Of a DNA stretch of 64,000 nucleotides, positions 51,221-60,617 are shown piece by piece (position 1 is the first letter of the stretch; every line of letters begins with the position of its first letter). The stretch lies in contig OZ242383.1 of assembly GCA_965209155.1 (NCBI GenBank), positions 765,236-829,235 on the forward strand, in the 5' to 3' direction. The DNA is from a bacterium. Lineage in GTDB: Bacteria; SAR324; NAC60-12. The notes under the pieces are model-generated. The model did not search any database. It was not told the origin of the DNA and was given only the letters and a program-made list of their open reading frames with translations. A program made the translations under genes and the position numbers.

Positions 51221-54200
51221 ATGGAGACGATGTCAGAGTGGATCCGACGTCTTATCAGACAATGTCAGGCTGCTTCCGATTGGAAGCAGCCTCTTTCCGT
51301 TTATCTTCAAAGAAATAATTTTCCGGATCCCGTTTCAATCCTCGATCTTTTCCAACGGCTTCGTCACCTTCCCGGATTTTCTGCTCAAATCGAAAAAGTC
51401 CTTCCTCCATTGCTCTTGTCCGGCAATTTAAAAACGGCCTTAGTGCAGCTACGTGATTTTTCAGTCACCTTTGAAGAGAAAGTCCGTCATCCTTTTGATT
51501 TCAGTCATCCCCATGCACCAGCACTATTGAGTATTTTTGCTCAGAGCGAATTCCTCATCCGCCACTTGCTCAAGTATCCCCACTTGGGTTTGTCCGTTCT
51601 GGATTCTCCCTTCCTGCTGCAGAGCAAGTCGAGTCAGACCATGCTGACAGAACTATTGGACCGATTCAAGCGATACGAAGACCTGGACAGGAATATCCTG
51701 AAAAAAGAGCTCCGTCTTTTCAAATATGAAGAGTTTTTAAGGATCACCATTCGAGACCTGTCAGAATTGGCTCCCTTTGAAGAAATATTGGAAGAACTGA
51801 CTGCCGTAGCAACTTGTTGCGCACAAATTGCCTTGGAAGGCGCATTTAAAATTGCTCGGGGAGTGACCCCCTTTCAATTCCAATTTGATGATTCAGCAGA
51901 CACGGTATCGTTTCAGCAGACCGCCCCATTTATAGTTTTGGGTCTCGGGAAACTGGGGGGAAGTGAATTGAATTATTCTTCTGATATCGATCCCATCTTG
52001 ATTTGTACTGAGGATCCCAATGAAAACGGGCATTCATTGACCTCCGACAAGACGCTGGTCAAAACCGCCCAGAGCTGGATTGAGTTGCTGGGCGAGACAA
52101 CGGAGGATGGATTTGTCGCACGGGTTGACATGCGATTGCGTCCCGGAGGAGAAACCGCTCCTCTTTTCCAGAGTTTGTTGGAGTCTGAATTATATTATGA
52201 GACGCAAGGAGCGACCTGGGAACGACAAGCCTTGATCAAAGCCAGACCTGTGGCAGGCAACCTACCTGCCGGGACACTGTTTCTCAAAAACCTCTCTCCA
52301 TTCATTTATAGAAAACAGGTCGATGAAAACATGCTGAGCGAGATTCGTAAGATCAAGCAGCGTATCGAAAAGGAACATCTGAAAAAGCATTTGAACGTAA
52401 AGTTGGGAGTGGGTGGTATTCGAGAAGTCGAATTCTTCGTCCAGATCTTCCAACTCCTCTATGGTGGCGCGCAGCCTGTATTGCGTCAACCAAATACCCT
52501 GAAGACTATCGAAATTTTAAAGCAATACCATTACATCCCCAACACCGATGCCGAAAACCTCCGTCTTGATTATGTTTTCTTGCGTAAACTGGAACACCGG
52601 CTTCAAATGGTACAGGAACTCCAAACCCATACCATTCCAGGAAATGTCAAACAGCAACAGGTCCTGGCAAGGCATATGGGGTATAAGGAAGAAGATATCG
52701 GAAGAGCACGAAGGCATTTTCTCCAGGATCTCAAAGATACCATGTTGAGGGTACGTTCAATTTTCAGCGCATTGTTCGACCAGGAATATTTGGAAATAGA
52801 AGCAGCAATCCGTAACAACACGCATTTTGTAAATATATCTGAAAAGGACCAGACGCTTTTTGAGAATTCCGCCCGTCGATTCACGGCGCTCATTCGCCAA
52901 TCCGAAATGGCGCATGTCGAAAACCGACATCGCGCTGGCAGTCTTCTCGTCATCCGATTTCAGCAATTGATCGAACGCATCCAAGCCCGTTTGGATTACT
53001 ACCAGCATTTACTGGATTACCCCGCGTCCCTGCAACGCTTGTCTCGAATTGCCGAAACCAGTGAATTTCTCTGGAACTATTTGCTCAACCACCTGGAACT
53101 GCTCAAGCAGTTGGACGCCAGCGAAATTCTGCATTCCCGTATCGAATGGGAAGCGCAATTGGCGGCGAAACTGGACAATTGTGAGGGAGAAGAAGAGCGT
53201 TTGGACGCTTTGAGAGAATTCAAACATGCGGTCACTTTTTTAATTGGCAGTGCCGAGTTGGAAGGGATCCAGTATTATGAGCAAGCAAGGCAACGTTTGA
53301 CTATTCTTGCGGAAGTTATTCTGCAAGCCGCCTACCTCATCGTACGGAATCAAATGAGAGAACAATTCGGTGTCCCTTTTTCGGACCACCAACCGACCCG
53401 TCTGGCAATACTGGGCATGGGAAAGCTGGGAGGCTCTGAATTGACGTACCAATCGGATTTGGATCTCATTTTCATTTGTTCGGCGGAGGGAAGCACGTCC
53501 GGTCCCAGGAAAATCAGCAATTATGAATATTACGCCAAATTGATCCAGCGTCTCGTTTCAACACTTTCATCCTTCACCCGAAATGGATACGCTTATCGAG
53601 TGGATACGCGCCTTCGCCCTTCGGGAAATGGAGGACCTTTGGTCAGCACGTTGTCCTATTATGAAAACTATCACCAGACTTCCTTACCCTGGGAACGACA
53701 AGCGCTTCTCAAAGGAAGAGTCGTGGCAGGAGACATGGAACGGGATTGGGTCGCTGCAGTGGAGAATGCGAAAAAAAAGGCTATTTATGGAAGGGGAATT
53801 CCCAAAGACCTCAAACAAACAATTGCGCACCTTCGCAGACGCAAAGAAAAAGAGATTGCCCAAGAAAGCGAACATATAAAAAATATCAAAGAGGGATATG
53901 GAGGCATGTTGGATATTGAATACCTCACCCAATACCTGCAAATGAGACATGGAGAAAGCATTCCGGAGCTGCAAAATCCCCATACGTTGGAGGTCTTGAG
54001 AGTCTTGGAAAAGCACCGTTTTTTGGATCACTCCACAAGCGAAGCTTTGCAAGAAGCCTACACCTTCTACCGCCTGGTAGAGAGCTACTTGCGCTTACTA
54101 TGTGATACCGATACCAACCTGCTTGATTTTGATCAACTACAATCCGAGCAGTTGACCCACTTCCTGCATCTCCATGGCTTCTCGGTTACGGATGTCTTGA

Positions 54201-54277
54201 AAACGTACCAGAATACCAATCAAACAGTCCGTACCCTCTACCGGAAAATCATGCAGGACGATTCGTATCCCTCCTGA
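51221..54277 (+). CDS. glnE: Glutamine synthetase adenylyltransferase / adenylyl-removing enzyme
   Basis: Two nucleotidyltransferase domains (GLGKLGGSELNYSSDID and GMGKLGGSELTYQSDLDLIF). Starts 33 nt after glnA. Confidence 0.9.
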   Translation: METMSEWIRRLIRQCQAASDWKQPLSVYLQRNNFPDPVSILDLFQRLRHLPGFSAQIEKVLPPLLLSGNLKTALVQLRDFSVTFEEKVRHPFDFSHPHAPALLSIFAQSEFLIRHLLKYPHLGLSVLDSPFLLQSKSSQTMLTELLDRFKRYEDLDRNILKKELRLFKYEEFLRITIRDLSELAPFEEILEELTAVATCCAQIALEGAFKIARGVTPFQFQFDDSADTVSFQQTAPFIVLGLGKLGGSELNYSSDIDPILICTEDPNENGHSLTSDKTLVKTAQSWIELLGETTEDGFVARVDMRLRPGGETAPLFQSLLESELYYETQGATWERQALIKARPVAGNLPAGTLFLKNLSPFIYRKQVDENMLSEIRKIKQRIEKEHLKKHLNVKLGVGGIREVEFFVQIFQLLYGGAQPVLRQPNTLKTIEILKQYHYIPNTDAENLRLDYVFLRKLEHRLQMVQELQTHTIPGNVKQQQVLARHMGYKEEDIGRARRHFLQDLKDTMLRVRSIFSALFDQEYLEIEAAIRNNTHFVNISEKDQTLFENSARRFTALIRQSEMAHVENRHRAGSLLVIRFQQLIERIQARLDYYQHLLDYPASLQRLSRIAETSEFLWNYLLNHLELLKQLDASEILHSRIEWEAQLAAKLDNCEGEEERLDALREFKHAVTFLIGSAELEGIQYYEQARQRLTILAEVILQAAYLIVRNQMREQFGVPFSDHQPTRLAILGMGKLGGSELTYQSDLDLIFICSAEGSTSGPRKISNYEYYAKLIQRLVSTLSSFTRNGYAYRVDTRLRPSGNGGPLVSTLSYYENYHQTSLPWERQALLKGRVVAGDMERDWVAAVENAKKKAIYGRGIPKDLKQTIAHLRRRKEKEIAQESEHIKNIKEGYGGMLDIEYLTQYLQMRHGESIPELQNPHTLEVLRVLEKHRFLDHSTSEALQEAYTFYRLVESYLRLLCDTDTNLLDFDQLQSEQLTHFLHLHGFSVTDVLKTYQNTNQTVRTLYRKIMQDDSYPS

Positions 54278-54294
54278 CGTACGCGTTTCCTTCT

Positions 54295-55215
54295 CTATTT
54301 CTTTTTCCGGACTGAAAGGCCATAGCGTCCGATACCACCGCGCAGGCGGGGGTCGAGCAGGTCACGCAGGGCATCGCCAAACATGTTGACACCGAAGACC
54401 ACGAGGGCCAGGCCGAGCCCGGGCCAGATCGCCATCCAGGGATTCTGCAACAAGTAAACGCGGCCTTCCAGGCTGAGCATGCCACCCCAGGTAGGCTGGG
54501 GCGGAGGAATGCCGAATCCGAGAAAACTGATAGTGGCCTCGGCGAGGATATTTCCTCCAAGGGAGATCGTAAACAAAACAATGATCGGCGCATAGAGTTG
54601 GGGCAGGATGTGTACGATGAGAATACGCCAGGTAGGACAACCCACCCCCCTCGCAGCAGTCACGTATTCACTTTCCTTGACGCTGAGGACCACCCCCCGC
54701 ATCGTGCGGATATTGGCAATCCCCCATTGAAATCCGATCACAATGATGAGCTGGACCATCCCTGGTCCCAACAGGGCCATGATGGTCAGGGTGAGGAAGA
54801 GCCAGGGGAAACACATGATGGCATCCACAATGCGCTGGAGGATCAGGTCGAATTTACCACCCCAGTATCCAGAAATCAGCCCGAAGACCGTGGCAATCAC
54901 AATTTGCAGCACCCCGGAACCCACTCCCACAATCATCGAAATTTGGGCGCCATGGATGATCCGGCTCAACAGGTCTCGACCGAATTGATCAGTCCCCAAG
55001 GGAAAGTCGAGCGAAGGACCTTCCAGGATATGGGCCAGGTTGCGCTGGAAGATGCCAAAGGGGGCCAGGTAATCGGCGAAAATGCCAACGATGAAAAAAA
55101 CCAGCACAATAATTCCCCCAAACGTTCCCAGGGGTTGCTCCTGTACGAGCCTTCTGAAGAACTCTCGAACACGTCCTTTTTTTTCTTTGAAGAATGTCTC
55201 TTGCGTCATATTCAT
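54295..55215 (-). CDS. Peptide/nickel-type ABC transporter permease (DppC/OppC-like)
   Basis: PLGTDQFGRDLLSRIIHG and FLGFGIPPPQPTWGGML. Confidence 0.85.
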   Translation of the reverse strand: MNMTQETFFKEKKGRVREFFRRLVQEQPLGTFGGIIVLVFFIVGIFADYLAPFGIFQRNLAHILEGPSLDFPLGTDQFGRDLLSRIIHGAQISMIVGVGSGVLQIVIATVFGLISGYWGGKFDLILQRIVDAIMCFPWLFLTLTIMALLGPGMVQLIIVIGFQWGIANIRTMRGVVLSVKESEYVTAARGVGCPTWRILIVHILPQLYAPIIVLFTISLGGNILAEATISFLGFGIPPPQPTWGGMLSLEGRVYLLQNPWMAIWPGLGLALVVFGVNMFGDALRDLLDPRLRGGIGRYGLSVRKKK

Positions 55216-55278
55216 AAAGTTTAATCATTTCGGGGTCTGTTTAGATCCCTTGAAAACATTGAACATAGAACAACCATG

Positions 55279-56247
55279 CTAATTAAATCGAATTCGCGGA
55301 TCGAGCCAGGCATAGCTGAGGTCGACGAGGACGTTGACGACCAGGACAAAGCCGGCGATGACCAGGTTGACTCCGGAGACGATAGTATAGTCCCGGTCCA
55401 CCAGTGAGGAAACGACAAGCGCCCCGAGTCCCGGCAGGCTGAACAAATATTCGATCACCACCGCACCTCCTATTAAAACAGGTAGTTGTAACCCAATCAT
55501 GGTCACCACCGGAATCATTGCATTCTTCAAGACGTGCCGCAACATAATGACCCGCTCCCGGAGCCCCTTGGACCAGGCCGTCCGTACATAATCCTGTCGG
55601 AGTACCTCGAGCATCATGCTGCGGGTCAAGCGCATGGTGATTCCGGAGAGCCACATCCCCAGAACGAAGGCGGGGATGAGGAACATGCCTAAATTCCCGA
55701 TGGGGTCTTCAAAAAAAGGAACATAAAACAGACGTGGCCCCCATCCCCACCAAATGGAGGGGTAGGTCAAGATCAACGTACCCAGCCAGAAACTGGGCAC
55801 GCAGATGAAAAAGATGGCAATACTGCGCAAGATATAATCACCAGCCGTGTTGGGACGCATCGCCGAAAGAATCCCCACCGGTAAGGCAATGGCTAAAGAG
55901 ATGATAAGCGCCAGGAAACCCAATTCAAAGGATGCAGGCACCCGGTCGGAGATGATCCTGGCCACAGGAGCCCTGGTCCACATGGAGAGCCCCAGGTCCC
56001 CCTGCAATACCCCCCCGATCCATTGTCCATACTGGATATGCATGGGAAGATCCAACCCGAGAAAACGCTCGATTTCCGCAATGGCCTCTTCGTTGGAAAA
56101 ATTCCCGGCGCCCATCAATGCCATTTGTGAGATCATCTTTTCAATGACGTTGCCGGGGATGAGACGGACTGTGAGGAAGATAACGATGGTCACCAAAAGA
56201 AAGGTGGGAATGATCAGGAGGAATCGTCGCAGGATATAGGTTTGCAT
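55279..56247 (-). CDS. Peptide/nickel-type ABC transporter permease (DppB/OppB-like)
   Basis: MQTYILRRFLLIIPTFLLVTIVIF, DYVRTAWSKGL, LVDRDYTIV...WLDPRIRF. Confidence 0.85.
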   Translation of the reverse strand: MQTYILRRFLLIIPTFLLVTIVIFLTVRLIPGNVIEKMISQMALMGAGNFSNEEAIAEIERFLGLDLPMHIQYGQWIGGVLQGDLGLSMWTRAPVARIISDRVPASFELGFLALIISLAIALPVGILSAMRPNTAGDYILRSIAIFFICVPSFWLGTLILTYPSIWWGWGPRLFYVPFFEDPIGNLGMFLIPAFVLGMWLSGITMRLTRSMMLEVLRQDYVRTAWSKGLRERVIMLRHVLKNAMIPVVTMIGLQLPVLIGGAVVIEYLFSLPGLGALVVSSLVDRDYTIVSGVNLVIAGFVLVVNVLVDLSYAWLDPRIRFN

Positions 56248-56331
56248 GGAACCATTTTCATTAGCGCTGCTTGGAAAGCCTGTTTATATGGCCAAGAACG
56301 CGCAAAAACGAACAAGAACCAATAAATTTAT

Positions 56332-56373
56332 TCATTCCCACCCTCCTGCCCGAATACGGAGGAATGGGAATGA
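56332..56373. repeat. REP-like hairpin module in the SBP-permease intergenic region
   Basis: TCATTCCCACCCTCC-TGCCCGAATAC-GGAGGAATGGGAATGA. Same GTCATTCC.../...GGAATGA arm type as the other modules. Confidence 0.55.
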
Positions 56374-56410
56374 CTTAATTTCTTGCGTGATCCTGGCAAT
56401 TGCCAAATTG

Positions 56411-56448
56411 AAAAAGGGAATGGGATGTGAGCGAACGCCCCATCCCAC
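56411..56448 (-). terminator. Possible intrinsic terminator/attenuator after the SBP gene
   Basis: The minus strand reads TGGGATG-gggcgttcgctca-CATCCCA, then ttcccTTTTT. It begins 26 nt after the SBP stop. Confidence 0.4.
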
Positions 56449-56473
56449 TCCTGTGGTTCAGGAGAAGGAGATT

Positions 56474-58237
56474 CTATTCGAGAGGGCCGCGGCCACTCAT
56501 TTCCTTCTTCATTTGCTCGTCGATCCAGACCAACTTGAAGGTCTTCTGGTTATTGTTAACGACGATTCCATAGTAGTTCTTGACCCAGGGTTGCCAAGCC
56601 GTATACTGGGCTTCGTTCGGGAAATGCACATGACACATCATCTCGATGATATCATACTGAATGTCTATCCATAACGCGACATGCTCGTCTTTGGGCATCA
56701 GTTCCCCCATCAAGCGTCTGAGATTTTTCTCGATGTTTGGTCCTTGGGGGGTGTGGTCGAACGTCCCACAAATCGGGTGGCTCGAGGTAGTGGGCCAAAA
56801 GTGGTAGCCAAAGGTATCATCGTACCCCTTGACTCCGGTACCCGATTGGTTAAAAAAGGTCTCGTGCTTCCGGTCGGGGACTCGACCCCAAGGTGATTCC
56901 ACCACGTCGAATTTGACTCGTATGCCCACGTCATTGAAGAAGCTCTGGTAGAGTTCCGCCCATCCTTGAACACTGGCGTCCAGCATGGCTACGGTATCAA
57001 AGCCGTCCGGGTAACCGGCTTCCGCCAGCAGTTGCTTGGCTTTTTCCGGTTTGTATTCCCAAAGCTCAGCGAGTTCCGGTCGTTCCTTTTTCATAGTTTC
57101 ATAGTTGACGTAATACGGAGCCATACTGGGCAAGCTCAAGTAATAGAAGCCAGGAGGATCTCCGCCGCTATTTCCCTTTATGACGTTTTCAGCCACACCA
57201 AATTGATCGACGGCCAACATGGCGGCATACCGCACCCGTGGGTCATTCCAAGGCGAATTGTCCTGGGCGGCTTTTTCCAGGTTGATCGAAAACCACCGGT
57301 TCCCAGGTTCTCCTTCAGCAAACTGCAATTGGGGATTCGTCTTCTCGAGTTCGAGTTTATCTCTCCAATCCACGCCGATACTCCACGAGCCAAAATTGAC
57401 GTCCAGTTTGCCGGAACGCAAGGCGGCCAGCCGGGAGGCTTGATCTTTCATAACGATATAGCGCACCTCGTCGAGATAGGGTATCCGGTTGTGGGGGCGA
57501 ACGGGGTCCACCATCCAATAGTCGGTATTTTTTTTGAATCTCCCGGAAACTCCTTCCAGGTGCTCGACAGGCACAAAGGGTCCGGTGCCCAGGGCGTTCT
57601 TCCAGTCGTTCATGTCGATTCCCTGTTCCCAGACCTCGCGGGGTGGTGGGTGAATATTCAGGAATCGATTGAATGGGCTATTGGAGGTATCCCCCCGCGA
57701 CATTTTCAATTCAATCGTATAATCATCCTTGGCCGTCCACTCCCAAATATCACGCAAGGCATGAAGAGTGTTTGTGGGGGTTTGGTATGCTTGATCGAGG
57801 AGCGCGATGATATCATGGGCATTCAAAGTCCGCCCGTAGGCCGATGCGATGCTCTCGTGGTAGCTCGGAGCCGTGTCCTGATCCCAGAATTTGATTCCCG
57901 GACGGATATAGAACACCATGTGATCAGGAGCTGGCTGCTCGTATTGATACACCAAAAGTCCGATCCATTGATCGCGATAGGCGGTGATGTTTCCCACCAA
58001 AGGAGAAGTATTGTAACCCTGCTGCGCCTTGACGATATCAGGCTGAAACAGGGTATCATAAATGATAAGCGTATTGTGATGCGCACCCCAGTTATTCGAA
58101 TTGGGGTTCCATCCTTCACCCACCGGAAAGTGGACCCAATTGACCGAACCTCCATAAGAGGGGGTCAAGTCGGGTGAGGCGAACGTAAAGCTCGTCATCG
58201 TGATTGCCAAAACAAAAACTAACAGAAATTTCTTCAT
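56474..58237 (-). CDS. ABC transporter substrate-binding protein, family 5 (peptide/nickel type)
   Basis: Signal peptide MKKFLLVFVLAITMTSFTFA. 587-aa family 5 SBP. Upstream of two permease genes on the same strand. Confidence 0.85.
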   Translation of the reverse strand: MKKFLLVFVLAITMTSFTFASPDLTPSYGGSVNWVHFPVGEGWNPNSNNWGAHHNTLIIYDTLFQPDIVKAQQGYNTSPLVGNITAYRDQWIGLLVYQYEQPAPDHMVFYIRPGIKFWDQDTAPSYHESIASAYGRTLNAHDIIALLDQAYQTPTNTLHALRDIWEWTAKDDYTIELKMSRGDTSNSPFNRFLNIHPPPREVWEQGIDMNDWKNALGTGPFVPVEHLEGVSGRFKKNTDYWMVDPVRPHNRIPYLDEVRYIVMKDQASRLAALRSGKLDVNFGSWSIGVDWRDKLELEKTNPQLQFAEGEPGNRWFSINLEKAAQDNSPWNDPRVRYAAMLAVDQFGVAENVIKGNSGGDPPGFYYLSLPSMAPYYVNYETMKKERPELAELWEYKPEKAKQLLAEAGYPDGFDTVAMLDASVQGWAELYQSFFNDVGIRVKFDVVESPWGRVPDRKHETFFNQSGTGVKGYDDTFGYHFWPTTSSHPICGTFDHTPQGPNIEKNLRRLMGELMPKDEHVALWIDIQYDIIEMMCHVHFPNEAQYTAWQPWVKNYYGIVVNNNQKTFKLVWIDEQMKKEMSGRGPLE

Positions 58238-58286
58238 TTTATCCTCCGTCTATTGAAATTAATCAAAAAGATTCAATCTCCCATTG

Positions 58287-58335
58287 GTAACTATTCAGGT
58301 CTCAGAAAAACCCGTTTAGCTAAATATCATTAAAT
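58287..58335 (-). repeat. 49-nt conserved junction sequence, copy A
   Basis: GTAACTATTCAGGTCTCAGAAAAACCCGTTTAGCTAAATATCATTAAAT. 45 of 49 positions are identical to copy B (59966..60014). Confidence 0.85.
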
Positions 58336-58423
58336 AAAAGATTCCCGGAGAGGACCGATCGTTTTCAAGTCCTCCCACGTTATGATTCAATCGATCGGGA
58401 ACCCTCTCTTTCACTAAAACAAC
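58316..58423 (-). pseudogene. 3' remnant of a paralogous Toprim-like gene
   Basis: The minus-strand frame reads ...KERVPDRLNHNVGGLENDRSSPGIFYLMIFS*. The intact gene ends ...KKNYWDLNHNVFSNIRDFLNLMILN*. The two stop codons sit at the same position within the 49-mer. Confidence 0.6.
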
Positions 58424-58447
58424 TTAGTGAAGGCATGATTTTGACAA

Positions 58448-58476
58448 AATGTATATATTTTTTTGTATAATGTCAA
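58448..58476 (-). promoter_or_regulatory. Candidate sigma70 promoter for the SBP-permease operon
   Basis: Minus strand: TTGACA (58476-58471), 17-nt spacer, TACATT (58453-58448). It lies inside an imperfect palindrome that also reads TTGACA-N19-TATAAT on the plus strand. Confidence 0.4.
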
Positions 58477-58619
58477 CCCCAAATGAAAAAAAAAGCAGGA
58501 TTCGTAAAAAAATTAAAAATCTATCAATCAGGGAGATCCGCTTCGTTATGATCATGAGCCAAAAAGCGAATGTTCACTCCACATCAAAACCCTCGGAGAC
58601 GGTCTGGTTTATTTAGTAA

Positions 58620-59948
58620 CTATGTGTTCACCGAGACGGCCTCCTCGATGTCCTGGCGCGGTAGTCCCTCCTCATCGTCGCAGAGCATCTTGACCACGTC
58701 CTGCAGCTCTCTGTGGGTTAACGCTGCGTGGACGCTCGCTGCCTTGGCAAAGGCATCCGCCGATTCGACTTTGTTGTCTCTTGCCCGAAGGTCACGCACA
58801 AATGACGGCACGATGCACGTCAGCATCGCCCAGCGCTCCTCGCCAGAGACATTCAGCTCTGGAGGCGCCCTATGGTAGGTGCGCGAGTCGTAGAGGATGC
58901 CGGAACCAGCGGTAAACGAAGGCTGGACAACGTCCTGGAACGGACCTTCCCCCGCGACTGTCGGCACCTCGTTCATCTCTGTCGGCGGCGGGGTGTCGAA
59001 CTCATGGGAACCCAGAACGAACTGCGTGGCGCCCGTTTCCGGCGTGAAATCGGTCAGCGCGATGTTGAACTGCATCCCCAGCCTGTCCTTGCGTCCCTTC
59101 CAGTCTGGATACCGCGGTGAGATTGACGCATCAAGCTTCTCGAATTCCTCCGGGCCCAGCATGTAAGTGTGAGCTTCAGTCTCGCTCGTGAGCGGGTAGG
59201 GGTAGTCGGCGTGCCAACCACCGGGCATGACACGGGCATTCTCTCCAGTCTTCTCTGCGGGCCTTAGGATTGAGATCGCCGGTAATTGACAGTAATGGAT
59301 GGAGTCGACTCCGAGGTAGCTCTCGATCAGCCACAACGAGATCGGGTGCATCAGTGCTTGCGCAACCGCCGGCGTCCTACAAAAGAAACTCTCGCCCTTG
59401 TCCATTAGCGCTTGCGGGCGAATGAGGTTGTCGAAGGAACTGTACGGGCGGCTGTCCTGGGCTGCCTTCACCTTGGCCTCCTTCTCGGCTCCCTTCTCCC
59501 GCACGATGTTCACGTTCGCAACCAGGTTCGCCACCATCGCGGGGCTCATGACGTTCTCCACTACGGTCCACCCCTGCATCTCGAGCTCAGCGAGGTAAAC
59601 CGATGGCAGGCGGGCCGGCGCCTCACGCGCTGAAAACACGAGCTGATCCCCCAGATCAGCCAGCTTGGGCGCGTCGCCTGTGAGGCGGTATTTCTGCGGC
59701 ACGAGCAGGCTCGCGCCGGGACCGAACGCCGCGTCGATCTCCGCCGCCCGGTTCGAGTCCGGCAGCTCGCCGGAGGGCTCGACCATCACTGTGGCCCCCG
59801 TCACGGCGTTCCGTAAGCGTGAAGTGCTCTCCCACTCCCACATGCAACTGTCGTCGCATCGCGGACGCAGCCCAAAGCCGCTTTCTTCCGTCCCATCGCA
59901 CAAGTGTAGGCCCGTGGACTTGCTTACAAGCAGTATGTAGTCGTGCAT
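58620..59948 (-). CDS. Phytanoyl-CoA dioxygenase (PhyH)-family Fe(II)/2-oxoglutarate oxygenase with N-terminal extension
   Basis: PGGWHADYPY (HxD), GATQFVLGSHEF and SRTYHRAPP. 442 aa. Very GC-rich relative to its flanks. Confidence 0.7.
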   Translation of the reverse strand: MHDYILLVSKSTGLHLCDGTEESGFGLRPRCDDSCMWEWESTSRLRNAVTGATVMVEPSGELPDSNRAAEIDAAFGPGASLLVPQKYRLTGDAPKLADLGDQLVFSAREAPARLPSVYLAELEMQGWTVVENVMSPAMVANLVANVNIVREKGAEKEAKVKAAQDSRPYSSFDNLIRPQALMDKGESFFCRTPAVAQALMHPISLWLIESYLGVDSIHYCQLPAISILRPAEKTGENARVMPGGWHADYPYPLTSETEAHTYMLGPEEFEKLDASISPRYPDWKGRKDRLGMQFNIALTDFTPETGATQFVLGSHEFDTPPPTEMNEVPTVAGEGPFQDVVQPSFTAGSGILYDSRTYHRAPPELNVSGEERWAMLTCIVPSFVRDLRARDNKVESADAFAKAASVHAALTHRELQDVVKMLCDDEEGLPRQDIEEAVSVNT

Positions 59949-59965
59949 GAAGACCTCTCTCGCGC

Positions 59966-60014
59966 GTAACTATTCAGGTCTCTGAAAAACCCGTTCAGTT
60001 CAATATCATTAAAT
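59966..60014 (-). repeat. 49-nt conserved junction sequence, copy B
   Basis: GTAACTATTCAGGTCTCTGAAAAACCCGTTCAGTTCAATATCATTAAAT. Covers the last 6 sense codons plus the stop of the Toprim-like gene and the 29 nt downstream of it. Confidence 0.85.
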
Positions 60015-60615
60015 TCAGAAAATCGCGAATATTACTGAAAACGTTGTGGTTCAAATCCCAGTAATTTTTCTTTGCTGCCACACCCACGGAAACATGGGGC
60101 TCAGGCTTTGTTGTCAGATAAGCAAACGCGCGGGCCTTCTCCTGTCTCTTGACAGACATATCAAGCAAATCTTCTATGCACTTGAAAAAGTCATCGATAC
60201 AGCGATCCTCCGGGGTACCCGCAAAGCTTTCGCAAAGAAGCGTTTCGAGCATACCCTGGCGATTGTTGCCGGGCAATATCAGTACCGTCACCTTCGGGAG
60301 GGTAGCAGTGGGTTCTTCGGGGTGGGGTGGAACAGGCAGTTTGGCGTTCGTTAATGAAGTCTGAACACTTTGAAACGCCCCTTCTGCGGATCTTTCCGCA
60401 TCACGTACGATGCCAATACTCTCAACAATCTCATGAAAATGCGGCATGTTCACAAGTGCAAGGAGGAAACTACGCAATTCGTCGACACCGCCGAAGTCCT
60501 GGATCTGGATATTCGGGAACGATAGATGCTCAATGAGCGCTTCAAAGAAATTGAGTTGGTCCTTGCCCTCCACGAGCAGTTGAATTTTCGACTCGATTTG
60601 TTTTGCTATTGCCAT
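59995..60615 (-). CDS. Small Toprim/OLD-nuclease-like protein (DUF3226/DUF4435-like, tentative)
   Basis: N-terminal strand plus acidic motif IQLLVEGKDQ. Central IGIVRDAE acidic motif. VTVLILPGNN. 206 aa. Starts 2 nt after the upstream ATPase gene. Confidence 0.55.
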   Translation of the reverse strand: MAIAKQIESKIQLLVEGKDQLNFFEALIEHLSFPNIQIQDFGGVDELRSFLLALVNMPHFHEIVESIGIVRDAERSAEGAFQSVQTSLTNAKLPVPPHPEEPTATLPKVTVLILPGNNRQGMLETLLCESFAGTPEDRCIDDFFKCIEDLLDMSVKRQEKARAFAYLTTKPEPHVSVGVAAKKNYWDLNHNVFSNIRDFLNLMILN

Positions 60616-60617
60616 AC

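Noticed and set aside
56966-58177. 403-aa ORF on the plus strand.
   Set aside because: It is entirely antisense to the well-supported family 5 SBP gene and has Arg/Gly/His-rich, low-complexity-like composition with no motif. The same reasoning applies to the antisense ORFs 14851..15675 (in nuoG), 39075..39965 (in ppiD), 50255..50926 (in glnA), 30276..31046 (in thiP) and 11101..11616.
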